Of a stretch of DNA of 64,000 bases, positions 28,149 through 38,609 are shown one piece after another. Source of the stretch: Oligoflexia bacterium (GTDB lineage: Bacteria > Bdellovibrionota > UBA1018 > CAIPTA01); contig CAIPTA010000181.1 in NCBI GenBank assembly GCA_903867855.1, positions 12,038 to 76,037 on the forward strand, in the 5' to 3' direction. The notes beneath the pieces were generated by a model. The model made no database searches, had not been told where the DNA came from, and was given only the letters and a program-made list of their open reading frames with translations. Position 1 is the stretch's first letter, and every line of letters starts with the position of its first letter. Both the position numbers and the translations under genes were made by a program.

Positions 28149-30209
28149 ATGCAGAACATTCTAGTTATGTCCCCGCTGATCGCAGGCCCGATTGCGCTAC
28201 TCATCGCTCTATTCTTATATGTGCGGATCAAAGCTTTGCCTGATGGCAATGAAACCATGAATCGCATCGGGAAATACGTGCGCGAAGGCTCCATGGCATT
28301 CCTCACTCGTGAGTATAAAGTGCTAGCGGTATACTCCGTAGTGGTAATGGTGCTCTTGTTTTTCACGCTCGGCACTCTTTCTGCTGTTTGCTTCTTGCTC
28401 GGCGCTGTTTTGAGTCTCATGGCCGGCTTCTTCGGTATGAAGGCGGCTACCTTTGCTAACGTGCGCACTGCTCAAAGTGCTCGCGAAGGTTCAAAGCCAA
28501 ACGCCTTGCTCACTGCACTAGATGGTGGCGCGGTGATGGGTCTTTCAGTTGCAGGTCTTGGCCTTTTGGGTCTCGGCATTCTTTATTACTTGTTCCAGGC
28601 TTCGGATCAACTTGCCACGGTGCTTCACTCCTTTGCCGTAGGCGCTAGCTCGATCGCTCTTTTTGCGCGTATCGGTGGTGGTATCTATACCAAAGCGGCA
28701 GACGTGGGTGCGGATATCGCTGGTAAAGTGATCGAGAATATTCCGGAAGATGACCCACGTAACCCTGGTGTGATCGCCGATAACGTGGGCGATAACGTGG
28801 GTGACGTGGCCGGTATGGGCGCCGATATCTACGAATCCATGGTGGCAGCGATTGTTTCCGCGATGGCGATTGCCCTCACGGTGCCAGCAGCTGGCTTGGA
28901 TAAACTTTCTCCTGGCATGATCGAAACCAACCTTCGTTTCCTTGCCTTGAGCCTTCCATTGCTTCTTTCGGTGATTGGTCTCGTGATTAGCGTGGGCATG
29001 ATTTTCGTGGCTCGCTTTATGCGAAACGGCAATCCAGCCACTGTGCTGCGTAACTGTCTCATCATTCCACCAGTAGTGGTAACCGCTGTTTCGGCAGTGC
29101 TCATGCCGATGCTTGGGGTGAGTCAATCCGTAACGATTGCTCTTGCTGCCGGTGCATTCGGTGGTGCGATCATTGGCTTGATCACGGAATACTATACTGC
29201 TGCCTCGCCGATTCGTAAGATCGCAGAAGCTTGTACCACGGGTGCGGGCACTGGCGTGATCCGCGGTTTGGCTGTTGGTATGGAATCCATCGTGGTGCCT
29301 ATGGGTGTGGTGGCTCTTGCGGCTGGCATCTCTAACCACTTCTTGGATCTCTACGGAATTGCGATCGCCGCGGTGGGCATGCTCTCCGGTACTGCCATCG
29401 TGATGACGGTGGACGCCTACGGACCTATCGCCGATAACGCTGGCGGTATTTCGGAAATGAGCGGACTCGGCAAAGAAGTGCGCGACATTACCGATGAACT
29501 AGATGCTGTGGGAAATACCACTGCGGCAATCGGAAAAGGTTTCGCCATCGGCTCTGCAATTCTCACCGTGTTGGCGCTTTTCTCTGCCTACAATATGGAG
29601 ATCAACCATGTGCGTGAAGCCCATGGCAAGGGTGCTCTTGTATTGCAGTTAACGGATGCGAACGTATTGATTGGCCTCATCATCGGCTCGATTCTGCCTT
29701 TCATCGTGGGTGCTAGCACCATGACGGCAGTAGGACGCGCCGCCGGTTCGATCGTAGAAGAGATCGGCCGTCAGTTCCGTGAAATTCCTGGTTTGCTCCA
29801 AGGAAAAGCAGAACCACAACCAGATAAAATCGTAGACATCGCAACCATCGCAGCTCTTAAGGAAATGATTTTCCCTGGCTTAGTAGCGATCTTCGCGCCG
29901 ATCCTGATTGGTTTGGTACTAGGCCCTGCCGCTCTGGCTGGTACCTTGGCTGGTTCCCTCGCTGTTGGCGCAACACTCTCTCTCTTCATGGCAAACGCCG
30001 GTGGAGCTTGGGATAATGCGAAGAAGTATATCGAGAAGGGTAAGTTGGAAGGCCACAAAAAAGGCAGCGATGCTCATAAGGCTGCTGTGGTAGGCGATAC
30101 GGTTGGCGATCCTTTCAAGGATACGTCCGGCCCAGGGATTGCGATTTTGATTAAGGTGATGGGTGTGGTGTCGCTGCTTATCGCCCCTCTAATCGCGCTC
30201 CTCGGCTAG
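28149..30209 (+). CDS. hppA: membrane-bound proton/sodium-translocating pyrophosphatase
   Basis: [49 protein letters not shown] are the H+-PPase signature motifs. About 16 TM helices. GAGAGGA RBS 8 nt before the ATG at 28149. Confidence 0.9.
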   Translation: MQNILVMSPLIAGPIALLIALFLYVRIKALPDGNETMNRIGKYVREGSMAFLTREYKVLAVYSVVVMVLLFFTLGTLSAVCFLLGAVLSLMAGFFGMKAATFANVRTAQSAREGSKPNALLTALDGGAVMGLSVAGLGLLGLGILYYLFQASDQLATVLHSFAVGASSIALFARIGGGIYTKAADVGADIAGKVIENIPEDDPRNPGVIADNVGDNVGDVAGMGADIYESMVAAIVSAMAIALTVPAAGLDKLSPGMIETNLRFLALSLPLLLSVIGLVISVGMIFVARFMRNGNPATVLRNCLIIPPVVVTAVSAVLMPMLGVSQSVTIALAAGAFGGAIIGLITEYYTAASPIRKIAEACTTGAGTGVIRGLAVGMESIVVPMGVVALAAGISNHFLDLYGIAIAAVGMLSGTAIVMTVDAYGPIADNAGGISEMSGLGKEVRDITDELDAVGNTTAAIGKGFAIGSAILTVLALFSAYNMEINHVREAHGKGALVLQLTDANVLIGLIIGSILPFIVGASTMTAVGRAAGSIVEEIGRQFREIPGLLQGKAEPQPDKIVDIATIAALKEMIFPGLVAIFAPILIGLVLGPAALAGTLAGSLAVGATLSLFMANAGGAWDNAKKYIEKGKLEGHKKGSDAHKAAVVGDTVGDPFKDTSGPGIAILIKVMGVVSLLIAPLIALLG

Positions 30210-30547
30210 GAAAATTTCCAATCTCTGCGTTGCTCTCCTCGCGCCCCGTTCCGCTGGCCACTAGGCCAGCTCACGGTTGCGCTCGTCGAGCGCCTTTATC
30301 TTGGAAATTTTTCTACGCCTCGAAAAATTTATATAGTGGCGCTTCAAAAATCCCATAGCCTTTGTTGGACTTCTCCTTCCTTCTGCAGCGGCCAGCTCGG
30401 CCGCTTTAGTCGGGCGTCGGCGTCCGCCGCGGCTCTGGAATTTTTGCCGCGTCTTCGCAGTTGCCGCAGGGCTGAGCGCAGTAGCGCGAAGTCAGATTGA
30501 AAATTTACCTTCGCCGCGGAAATCAGATAGCCCGCTATCAATTTCAA
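30210..30547. other. GC-rich structured intergenic block with multiple palindromes and a recurring GGAAATTTT-like motif
   Basis: Palindromes tggccactaggcca and gcggccagctcggccgc share GGCCAGCTC. The motifs gaaaatttcc, tggaaattttt, tggaatttttg and tgaaaattta recur at irregular spacing. The composition is visibly more GC-rich than surrounding intergenic DNA. Confidence 0.35.
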
Positions 30548-30587
30548 AAAAAGCCCTCTGCATTTGGGTGCAGAAGGGCTTTTTTGT
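30548..30587. terminator. bidirectional rho-independent terminator
   Basis: aaaaaaagccctctgcatttgggtgcagaagggcttttttg is a perfect GC-rich stem flanked by A-run and T-run, between hppA (+) and the convergent giant secreted-protein gene (-). Confidence 0.7.
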
Positions 30588-30601
30588 TAATTATATTTTA
30601 T

Positions 30602-33448
30602 TTAGTTGGCTTTTTTGAAGCCGTTTGTGAAGTCATTGGAGTTATTGATGCCTTTGTCGGAAGTGGCAGATTCGTCTTGCTTAGACATTGCATCGGGCAC
30701 CGCTCCTTTTGCGTCAGTTATTTTTTTATGCATTACCTCGCACGCACATTTCTTCGTAGTTGGAGGGGCTCCAAGATCACAGGTTGCATCGGCGTCGGTA
30801 TAGGCAGAGCTCGAAGTCGCCGCGGGGGTAGTCATTGCACAAGCTTGCATTAAATTGGAGTACGCATCAAGAATACTTCCATTGCCATTTGCGAGTTCGG
30901 GTGTGCGTTCTTTAAAGTTAAATGTACTTGGAACTTCTGCAACGCAACCAGCGTTAACTTGTGCTTGGCATGCTAATTTACCAGCAGCGCCTCCACTTTT
31001 TTTCTTACAACCGTCTAAGGATTCGACGGCAGCAGAATAGGCCTTTACGGTTGAGTCATTGCTATTTGCGTTCATTGCAGCTTGAGCAATGTTTTTTTGA
31101 GCAGCCTCATCTGAACAATCATCGGAATTACCAGAGCAGGCGCTATTCGCTTGGCTTCTGCAGTCGGCAAGATCCGATTTTACCTCATTTGCACTGTCGG
31201 AACTATCTGAGCCACTATCGCTGGGTTTGGATCCGTTTTCTTGTCCATTCCGCATCATCCCACTTAGTAGTGTTATGAATCGTTTTTCTGAATTAGGGCT
31301 GCATAAATTTGCATAAGGCGCTCTGCAGTTGTTGCTTCCCAAAACTTTATCTAAATCGTCATAGTCTGATTTGATTAGGCTGCAATATCCAGTCATCGCC
31401 ATAGCCTCATTTTTTTTGTCCAAAACTTTATTTTTCAAATCAGTAGTGGCCTTCGCGTTTGCAGTGACGGATTCTGGATCCATATCGCTAACGCCGAGGA
31501 GGCCCTTCGCATCTGGCATTGGATCAGAGGAGAAGAGATTATTTCTATCTTTATCTTTCGTGAGGCTCGCGGGGTCTGCCTTTTTCATCGTAATACCAGC
31601 AGTGGCAGGTACGCCGAGAGCCGCTAGAGAGGAGCTAAGGTCAGCCACGGCGGAAGTAACTTTTCCAGCAGCGATAGCGAAAGAAGCCGATGCGGCTCCG
31701 ATCACATTAGTAATCTGAGCATTTGTAGCTTTTGCAAAACTAACTAATTTTTGTTTGTAAGCGCTTGATTGGGAGACATCGTAATCCTCTCGCTGCTGCA
31801 TCAGGGTGATACAAGCTTCAAAGCCAACGCATGTTTGCTGATCGGGCACTGTGGTTGGGCTGCCATTTGTATCCAGGGTTAGGTGCTGAAGTGTAATCGT
31901 GGTTGGGCTTGGATTAGCGGTCCAGGTGCCGCCAGTGCTGAGCTGAGCATACGCAGTTGTGCCGTTGATTCCACTTTCTAACTGCGCTTTAAGTTCTCGT
32001 AAACAATCGAGGCCTGCAGTCGGATCTGTGGTGGCGCTGCAGTTCGCTGCAAACTGGGAAAGACCGGTACTATAGCTTTTCGAGAATCGCGTGAGGAATC
32101 GGTTCATTGCTTTCGTCACTGTATTTGTGGCTTGGGTCTCGATAGATAAAATTTTCTTTTTAGCTGAGTCTACTTGATAGTAGCCAGCATAGTACTTTGG
32201 TCCCTGTGAGTTCATGTCTTGATCAAAATTGTTCATGGCCCTTTTAAAACAAGTCTTCATCGAACTTTGGTAGAAGTTTTTTAGAGTATCAGGGCTCACG
32301 GAACTTCCATTCAAGGCAAGTGAATCAAAAGTTGAGCTTAAATTGGTGAGTGCTTGTGCAAGCTGATTATTTACATACTGTTTAAAAGCTTTAGGGTCCA
32401 AAGCATTTAAATTTCCTGCACTAATGGAGTTCTGCAGGATATCTTGCTGCTGCTGAATTAAGCTGCTGATGTTTGCCGAGTTGCCGTTATTGAGCTCACC
32501 CTGCACCTGATTGGCGCCAAACGATTGGTTGGTAGCAGAGGCCAAACACGCAAGGGGAGACATCAAGCTTGTGCCATTGGGGCCGTTAATTCTGCAGGGC
32601 ATATTGCTATCGCCCACAAAGCATCCATTGATAGCATCACTGAGAATGCCTTTCATCCAATCATTTGCGGTTTTATTGCTGCTTATTTTGAGGTTGTCCA
32701 CCTGCCCCGCGAGATCTCCCGCAAAGCCTTGGCCACCAATGCTTACATCGCTGGCCCCTTGCGCTCCAGAGGAGCTAGGACTGATTAGGGATTGAACTTG
32801 GTTGATCATCGCATCAACTGCTTGGAGTTGATTGTTGAGGCCATTATCTCCTTCAAGATCATCCTTTATCTTTTTCGCCATATCGTCATAGTTCGTTACG
32901 ATGGATTGCTGGCTATCGTAAGCACCGTTGGCGGCTTCAATATAGGCTTTTAGCTGATCCTTGAATTGACCAGTAGCGATGGCATCCATCGCGGTTTGCA
33001 TATTCTTAATACAAAGAAAGCGATCGTTAGCGGCAGAAAACTGATCGAGCCAGGTAAGAGCATCTCCCCAAACAGTGTTGTAGGTCGAACATGTAACCTT
33101 CTCGCCAAGAATCGCGTTGGGGGGAAGTGCTGCTCCGCTTGCTGACCGTTTTCCTTTTTTTGCATTCGTTTCACACTGCGCTTCCGTAGCCATCGCCTGA
33201 GCAATAGCTGCGTTAGCTTGGCCAAGTTGAGTCCCTACGGTTCCCATTTTCGCGGTGGCGCCTACGAAGCTCGCCATATTCTGCGCTTGGTTTACGCCGT
33301 TAATTACCGTGGTGAGGCCGAGAGCTGCGCCACTAATTGCGCCAGCAGCTCCGGAGGCGGCATCAGTGCTTGCATCTCCCAACGCTGTGGAGCTGGCGAT
33401 CGATAGCAAAAGTATAGAGCAGGTGATGAGTTTTAAATCGGTGCGCAT
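30602..33448 (-). CDS. giant secreted Cys-containing A/S/N/Q-rich protein of unknown function
   Basis: Start at the ATG at 33448, with a GGAGG RBS. Signal peptide MRTDLKLITCSILLLSIASSTALG. About 950 aa with low-complexity composition and numerous paired Cys. Confidence 0.5.
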   Translation of the reverse strand: MRTDLKLITCSILLLSIASSTALGDASTDAASGAAGAISGAALGLTTVINGVNQAQNMASFVGATAKMGTVGTQLGQANAAIAQAMATEAQCETNAKKGKRSASGAALPPNAILGEKVTCSTYNTVWGDALTWLDQFSAANDRFLCIKNMQTAMDAIATGQFKDQLKAYIEAANGAYDSQQSIVTNYDDMAKKIKDDLEGDNGLNNQLQAVDAMINQVQSLISPSSSGAQGASDVSIGGQGFAGDLAGQVDNLKISSNKTANDWMKGILSDAINGCFVGDSNMPCRINGPNGTSLMSPLACLASATNQSFGANQVQGELNNGNSANISSLIQQQQDILQNSISAGNLNALDPKAFKQYVNNQLAQALTNLSSTFDSLALNGSSVSPDTLKNFYQSSMKTCFKRAMNNFDQDMNSQGPKYYAGYYQVDSAKKKILSIETQATNTVTKAMNRFLTRFSKSYSTGLSQFAANCSATTDPTAGLDCLRELKAQLESGINGTTAYAQLSTGGTWTANPSPTTITLQHLTLDTNGSPTTVPDQQTCVGFEACITLMQQREDYDVSQSSAYKQKLVSFAKATNAQITNVIGAASASFAIAAGKVTSAVADLSSSLAALGVPATAGITMKKADPASLTKDKDRNNLFSSDPMPDAKGLLGVSDMDPESVTANAKATTDLKNKVLDKKNEAMAMTGYCSLIKSDYDDLDKVLGSNNCRAPYANLCSPNSEKRFITLLSGMMRNGQENGSKPSDSGSDSSDSANEVKSDLADCRSQANSACSGNSDDCSDEAAQKNIAQAAMNANSNDSTVKAYSAAVESLDGCKKKSGGAAGKLACQAQVNAGCVAEVPSTFNFKERTPELANGNGSILDAYSNLMQACAMTTPAATSSSAYTDADATCDLGAPPTTKKCACEVMHKKITDAKGAVPDAMSKQDESATSDKGINNSNDFTNGFKKAN

Positions 33449-33563
33449 AGAGCCTCCAAAGCGAATCCCCATCTAACTGATCGGACTTTTCTAGAAAAGT
33501 CTTTACCGTAGGAAAATACTTTGGATATTGTTTAAGGATTTTACAGTGTCTAAAAGTTCGACA

Positions 33564-35870
33564 CTATTGGAAGCTTAAGAGCTTAGAGAAGATGATCGCG
33601 ATTTGGCCACGGTCCGCTTTATAGTTCCACTGTTCAAAGGTGAGGTAGCGCCACCAAACATAACGCGCCTCTTCGCCCAGGCTTTCAGTGGGCACATGCT
33701 GGAAGCGAAGCAAATAGGTGAAGAGGGCAAACCAATCTTCATTCGATTTCAATCCGTGTGGCGTGGCCTTTTCGCCGAGGAAACGAGCGAAAGTTGGATA
33801 GGCAGTTTGGCCTTCGGATTGATCGATATAACCATCTTTATTTACATCGTATTTCGAGAAAAGAATTTCGATATAATACGGAATCAAGATATAGGCTTCC
33901 GTGTCGGATAGCTGATAAGGCGCGCTTGCGCTACCTTTTCTCACCAAAGCATCAAAGGCTTCCATAATGGATCCTTGTTGGGCGGCTGGCTGGCCTTTGA
34001 AGTAGTTCGCGAAGGCGGGAATATAATTCCAATACTCAGGCGCATTTTTCTTAAAGGCATTGCGGTAGCAAGTGGCATCGATCAAGGCATTTCCCTTTGC
34101 ATCCACGCCGGTGGAGCCACAGATGGCCTCAATCGAGGAATGCACAATTGGAGCTTGCTTCACTACAGAGAGCAATAAGTACTCAAGTTCGAGCGCATCG
34201 TTGATACTGAGAATATTATTGCCCACGCCAGCGTAGGTGAACATATCTGCTTCTAGCATATAGGTTGTGGCGGAATCTTTAGAACTCTCCGAGAGAATAT
34301 TGGCGCTCTCTAGAATAGGGAAGAAATCTGCCCACAAGGAGTTCACTTCATTCTTGGTGAGGGCAGGGTCACTGAGCGGCTGGGGAGTGCCGTAGCCACG
34401 CATCATGAGCGCCGAGATACTTCGGAAAATATTGAGATAGCTGAGGTTGGTAAAGCCAATGTCCTCCGCGGGCTTGCCATCAGGAATGGTTACCCAGGCC
34501 GTATTGAGCGGCATTACCGTGCGCACGTTCGCGATTCGCTTTTGCATATCGCGGATGGCGGCGAGAGAATTTTGATCGCCGAAGGATGTCCACTGCAGGG
34601 CTTTATCGGGCGTGACTGCGAGAATATCACTTCGCTTCATAGTGATTGAGTTGATGTTTTGACCATTCGCTACACTAGTATAGAGACCGCTCAAATAGAG
34701 CTGCGCTTCCGACCAATTGGTGAAATCCGCATACATTTGATCGATGCTACCAGGATTAATTCCGGTATTTTTCTCTGCAAGCGGGGCAGCCTTATAGAAA
34801 ACTTTATCAAAGAGCACGCGAAGCACTGGCTTTAGAGAATCTGCAGAGATCGGCACGAGCTGATTCGCAGAGAGTGTATCGATCATCGTATCCAATTCAT
34901 CGTAGCTGATGAAACCGGCTGGGTGGTTGGCGATAGAAAGTTGGAGAAGTGTTTTAGCGTCGGCGGCGATTTGTTCAAAACGCTGCAAGCCTTTTCCCTT
35001 CACTAGCGAATCATGCTGCTTTTGGTAGTAGGCGGTGCGCACTGCGAGGGTGAAATAGCGAGGCACTAAATAGAATACTTGCTGCCAATCGCTCTTTTGG
35101 ATCACATCGGCGGGTGGAGCTACGAGAATGGATTTTCCGTAACGAACAATCTTGAGGTAGCGCAATGCATCTACAGCCCAAGCCCCGCCATTATCTGCCG
35201 GGTTCGGACCATAAAAGAGAAAGCCCATTTGGGTGATCAAGGCATCGAGATGATCGAAGCTATAGGTACCAATACTTCCCTGCAGGGCCTCACCAATTTT
35301 GGCGGTGGCATCATTGAGCGCTTGGAAGGCATTTTCAAAGCTATCGGGGTCGAGTCCGCGCTTGGAAATCATATCGAAGCCGAATGGTAAATAGGGGCGC
35401 ATCACCTTCGACTGCTGCCGGAATACTTCCATGATACGAAGTGTATTGCGAAGTTCGTCGGCGGTGATTTGGTCTACGCGTCCGCCGAGCACGCCTTGCT
35501 TAAAGGCCATCGCTTCCGCAATAAACTCAGGAGTGAGTGTGCGGTTCTTCATGAAAAATTTCTGAATGAAGGCGCGAAGTTCTTCTGGAGTATAGTAATC
35601 CGGGTTAGCCCCTTTGGTGCTTTCCACAAAAGTTCGGAAGGCTTTACTTAAGCAGAGCCAGAAGGAATCTAGTTCGTCTTCACTAATAGTGCCCTGGAAG
35701 AATTTTTTGAAAGGAGTGCCAGGATCGGAAAGGCAACCTCCAGACAGCGCATTCACGGATAGGGATTGCGGATCTTGTTGAGGATCATTGAGCTTGAGCG
35801 AGCAGGCGGTGAGCAAGCTGCTGGCAATGGCGATTGCTGCGATTGGGCGAAGGATTTTACTAAAAGACAT
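33564..35870 (-). CDS. large lipoprotein with EF-hand-like Ca-binding loop
   Basis: Lipobox ..SSLLTAC. C-terminal DVNKDGYIDQSE fits the EF-hand loop pattern D-x-N-x-D-G-x-I-x-x-x-E. 768 aa, otherwise unrecognised. Confidence 0.5.
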   Translation of the reverse strand: MSFSKILRPIAAIAIASSLLTACSLKLNDPQQDPQSLSVNALSGGCLSDPGTPFKKFFQGTISEDELDSFWLCLSKAFRTFVESTKGANPDYYTPEELRAFIQKFFMKNRTLTPEFIAEAMAFKQGVLGGRVDQITADELRNTLRIMEVFRQQSKVMRPYLPFGFDMISKRGLDPDSFENAFQALNDATAKIGEALQGSIGTYSFDHLDALITQMGFLFYGPNPADNGGAWAVDALRYLKIVRYGKSILVAPPADVIQKSDWQQVFYLVPRYFTLAVRTAYYQKQHDSLVKGKGLQRFEQIAADAKTLLQLSIANHPAGFISYDELDTMIDTLSANQLVPISADSLKPVLRVLFDKVFYKAAPLAEKNTGINPGSIDQMYADFTNWSEAQLYLSGLYTSVANGQNINSITMKRSDILAVTPDKALQWTSFGDQNSLAAIRDMQKRIANVRTVMPLNTAWVTIPDGKPAEDIGFTNLSYLNIFRSISALMMRGYGTPQPLSDPALTKNEVNSLWADFFPILESANILSESSKDSATTYMLEADMFTYAGVGNNILSINDALELEYLLLSVVKQAPIVHSSIEAICGSTGVDAKGNALIDATCYRNAFKKNAPEYWNYIPAFANYFKGQPAAQQGSIMEAFDALVRKGSASAPYQLSDTEAYILIPYYIEILFSKYDVNKDGYIDQSEGQTAYPTFARFLGEKATPHGLKSNEDWFALFTYLLRFQHVPTESLGEEARYVWWRYLTFEQWNYKADRGQIAIIFSKLLSFQ

Positions 35871-37254
35871 AGTATAATCCTCCTCGTGCGCGGCTATTGT
35901 GCTGAAACTTACTTACGATATCCACATTGTCTGCGGCAGTGGAGCCGAGCATATCGAGCCCCGCATTTAGCATCCAGCGACTCGAGAAATTATAGAAAAA
36001 ATCGCTCACAAAAATATTTTCTTTATGAATGGGGATATAAATGAATTTTACAGAGGCCTTAAAGATTCCTGCCCAAGATTCTAAGATGGGGCCTAAGAGT
36101 GCAATGCTATAGGCGTCGCTGAACATATAGCGAGGCTCAAAGATACCTGTGGGGCTAGAGGTGGCGAAGGAGCCGCTATCTGGGGCGTTACCGCCTTCCA
36201 CATGAATATAGGAAATCTCCGCTTGGGTGGAGGCTAGTCCACGACCATGGAGATTTTGCTGTAAAAGGCCGCTTGCCACAGTGGCATTTTTCGTGGTTTG
36301 GATATTCCAGTTTGAAGCTGGGGTATCCGCCTTGGTATTCTCTTGGATAACAGAGCCTGTGATTTTTGTGTTGGCGCCAGCGATTCCTACATCTGCCGCG
36401 TAGATCTGGTGGTAAAGCACGCGAGTATATACATCGATAGGCAAGGTGAGAGTGCTCAAATTGAGCTGACCTATATAGTTAAGCAAGATCTGGTTCATGG
36501 GCTTATAGGCAAAGGAAGCTCTGCTCCACAAGCCGTGCTCGGGATTACCCACTCGATAGCTAATGCCAGTGCCTGGGTTGTCGAGCACATCACGAATGCC
36601 TGGAAAGTGCAGCGTAAGATTAAGAGTAGTAGCTTGGTTGAAAAGGAGCACCGTGGACGAAGGACAGCTAAACCAAGGCGAGTTTGTTTTACAAACGCCG
36701 CCACTGATATCTTTTGATGTGCCTAGCTCCGGGATAAAAAGTGGGGTGGCGAAAACGGTGAGCTCGGAAGAATTGTCAGGGGCCTTGTAGTGTAGGAAGA
36801 AACCTGCCAGGCCATCTTGTTGCTCTTGTAGGTAATCCCAGCGGAAGCGAGGCTGAAAGAGACCTAGCGACCAATAGCTATCTACGGTGCTCCAATCCTC
36901 GCGCTTGCGGCCGAAGACGAGCTGCCAGGAGGAAGGCTTGGTGGCGATATAGGCTTCATGCACATCGTAGGAATGGTAGCCGCCGGAATGAAGGCCTAGC
37001 ATGGCTTCGCCATTAAACTCTGCTTCCAGCTTATCGGTGGCACGATACGCATCATAGCCAACAGAGGCCGCGAAATAGCCCACTCGCTGGGCGGGGAGCG
37101 CATCTGCGCTTTGCGTGAAATAGTGCACATCGGAGAGTCCGAAGCGGAAAGTATTTTTATCGACGTCGGAAAAGTTGGTGGGCACAGCGTGCGCAGTGGA
37201 AATAGAAAAGAAAAGCCATAAGCATAGGCTTCCCATTTTCTTAAGTTTCCGCAT
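35860..37254 (-). CDS. outer-membrane beta-barrel protein (unknown family)
   Basis: Signal peptide MRKLKKMGSLCLWLFFSISTAHA. Alternating amphipathic beta-strand texture. C-terminal ..GGLYYVF with terminal Phe is typical of OM beta-barrels. The 3' end overlaps the lipoprotein gene start by 11 nt. Confidence 0.5.
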   Translation of the reverse strand: MRKLKKMGSLCLWLFFSISTAHAVPTNFSDVDKNTFRFGLSDVHYFTQSADALPAQRVGYFAASVGYDAYRATDKLEAEFNGEAMLGLHSGGYHSYDVHEAYIATKPSSWQLVFGRKREDWSTVDSYWSLGLFQPRFRWDYLQEQQDGLAGFFLHYKAPDNSSELTVFATPLFIPELGTSKDISGGVCKTNSPWFSCPSSTVLLFNQATTLNLTLHFPGIRDVLDNPGTGISYRVGNPEHGLWSRASFAYKPMNQILLNYIGQLNLSTLTLPIDVYTRVLYHQIYAADVGIAGANTKITGSVIQENTKADTPASNWNIQTTKNATVASGLLQQNLHGRGLASTQAEISYIHVEGGNAPDSGSFATSSPTGIFEPRYMFSDAYSIALLGPILESWAGIFKASVKFIYIPIHKENIFVSDFFYNFSSRWMLNAGLDMLGSTAADNVDIVSKFQHNSRARGGLYYVF

Positions 37255-37442
37255 TGGCAACAACAGCATTTTGCTCCACTGATAAGGCAATTTTTTCTAG
37301 CCTTTAGTATAGCAATCTGCTTCCTATAAAACAACGCAAGAAAGCCGCAGAAACGCTCAGCTATTGGTTTAGGGGTACTTGTTAAAAGGTATTTATTTAT
37401 AGCCAAAAACACTACGTGTTTAGGTTTTTGACAGCTGAAAAA

Positions 37443-38573
37443 CTAATGCTCAAGTTGGCGTGTGAGCTGCGCGAGAGTTTTATATTCTCTCCATGTTCGC
37501 TTCAAGGCCGCACTTTCTGCGTTGAGGCGCTTACGGAAATAGCGTTGACGAATTTTCGTCTCCCGAGAGGGGAATTCGCGGCGGAGTTTTGCGAGCTGTT
37601 GGATTTTCTCTTCAATATTGGCCTTGAGGGCTTCCAACTGCTGGTGACACTGTAGCGCTAGTTCACTCTGCGCCTTTGGTAATTGTTCGTGGGTATTCTC
37701 TAATTTTGCCTTATAGATTTGCCAATCCGGTGTGCGAGTTAGATTCGAAGAAAAACCAAATTTATTTAGCGACCAAATCAACCACTTACTTGGATCCCAG
37801 TGATACCAAGCGATGCCATTACGATAATCGTTGGCGAACACATGGTGAAAGTTATGAAATCCTTCGCCATTGGAAAAGAGTGCGGTGATCCAGCTATCGC
37901 GAGCAGTTACTTTTGTGGAATAGGGCTGGTTGCCAAGCACGTGAGCCATGGAATTGATGAAAAAAGTGCCATGATGAACAAAAACAGTGCGGAACAGACC
38001 ACCAAAGAGAAAACCTGCAAAGGGGTAGCCGCAGAGATAGCCTAAAAAAGTAGGGAGCACAAAGCCGGTGGTAACCGCGATCGGTAGATAGTATTTATCC
38101 TGCCAAAGCACCAACGGATCTTTCAGTAGATCACGAATATTATCGTAGGTGCGTTCTTCTGGATCCTTATAAAAAATCCAACCCATGTGGGCATAGAAAA
38201 AGCCACGATTGATATTATAGGGATCGCCCTCTTTATCCACGAAGCGATGATGGTAGCGATGATCGGAAGACCATTTAAGCGCTGAATTCTGCAAGGCGCC
38301 CGCACCGAAGATGAGATAGAGAAATTTTACCACGCGATTGCAATCGTAGCTTTGGTGAGAAAACTGACGATGATATCCAGCAGTGATGCCTAGGCTAGTT
38401 AGCCATGTCATCGCAGAGAAAATAAAAAAGTAGCCCCAGTGCCAACCATTCACGTGAAGGTAGACAGGGATTAGCGCGACGCTTAATGCTGGTGTGAGAA
38501 TTAAAAACGCTGCGTTGATCGGACTAAATTTGCCATTCCATATCGGGGCGTGCTGCCAGTTTTTATTTGTCAT
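37443..38573 (-). CDS. membrane fatty-acid (acyl-CoA / acyl-lipid delta-9-type) desaturase
   Basis: Three histidine boxes (HRQFSH, HRYHH, HNFHH) in a four-TM-helix scaffold. Confidence 0.8.
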   Translation of the reverse strand: MTNKNWQHAPIWNGKFSPINAAFLILTPALSVALIPVYLHVNGWHWGYFFIFSAMTWLTSLGITAGYHRQFSHQSYDCNRVVKFLYLIFGAGALQNSALKWSSDHRYHHRFVDKEGDPYNINRGFFYAHMGWIFYKDPEERTYDNIRDLLKDPLVLWQDKYYLPIAVTTGFVLPTFLGYLCGYPFAGFLFGGLFRTVFVHHGTFFINSMAHVLGNQPYSTKVTARDSWITALFSNGEGFHNFHHVFANDYRNGIAWYHWDPSKWLIWSLNKFGFSSNLTRTPDWQIYKAKLENTHEQLPKAQSELALQCHQQLEALKANIEEKIQQLAKLRREFPSRETKIRQRYFRKRLNAESAALKRTWREYKTLAQLTRQLEH

Positions 38574-38609
38574 GGGATAAGTATTACAGAGAAACGGAGA
38601 TAGTGTAAG

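Noticed and set aside
28545-29339. His-rich 264-aa ORF
   Set aside because: It is antisense to the highly conserved hppA coding sequence. The bias is mirrored from the Gly/Ala/Val-rich pump sequence.
30210-30547. Possible CRISPR array suggested by recurring GGAAATTTT-like motif
   Set aside because: The repeats are short and non-identical. Spacing is irregular at about 60-135 bp. No cas genes are nearby. It is better explained as structured or REP-like DNA.
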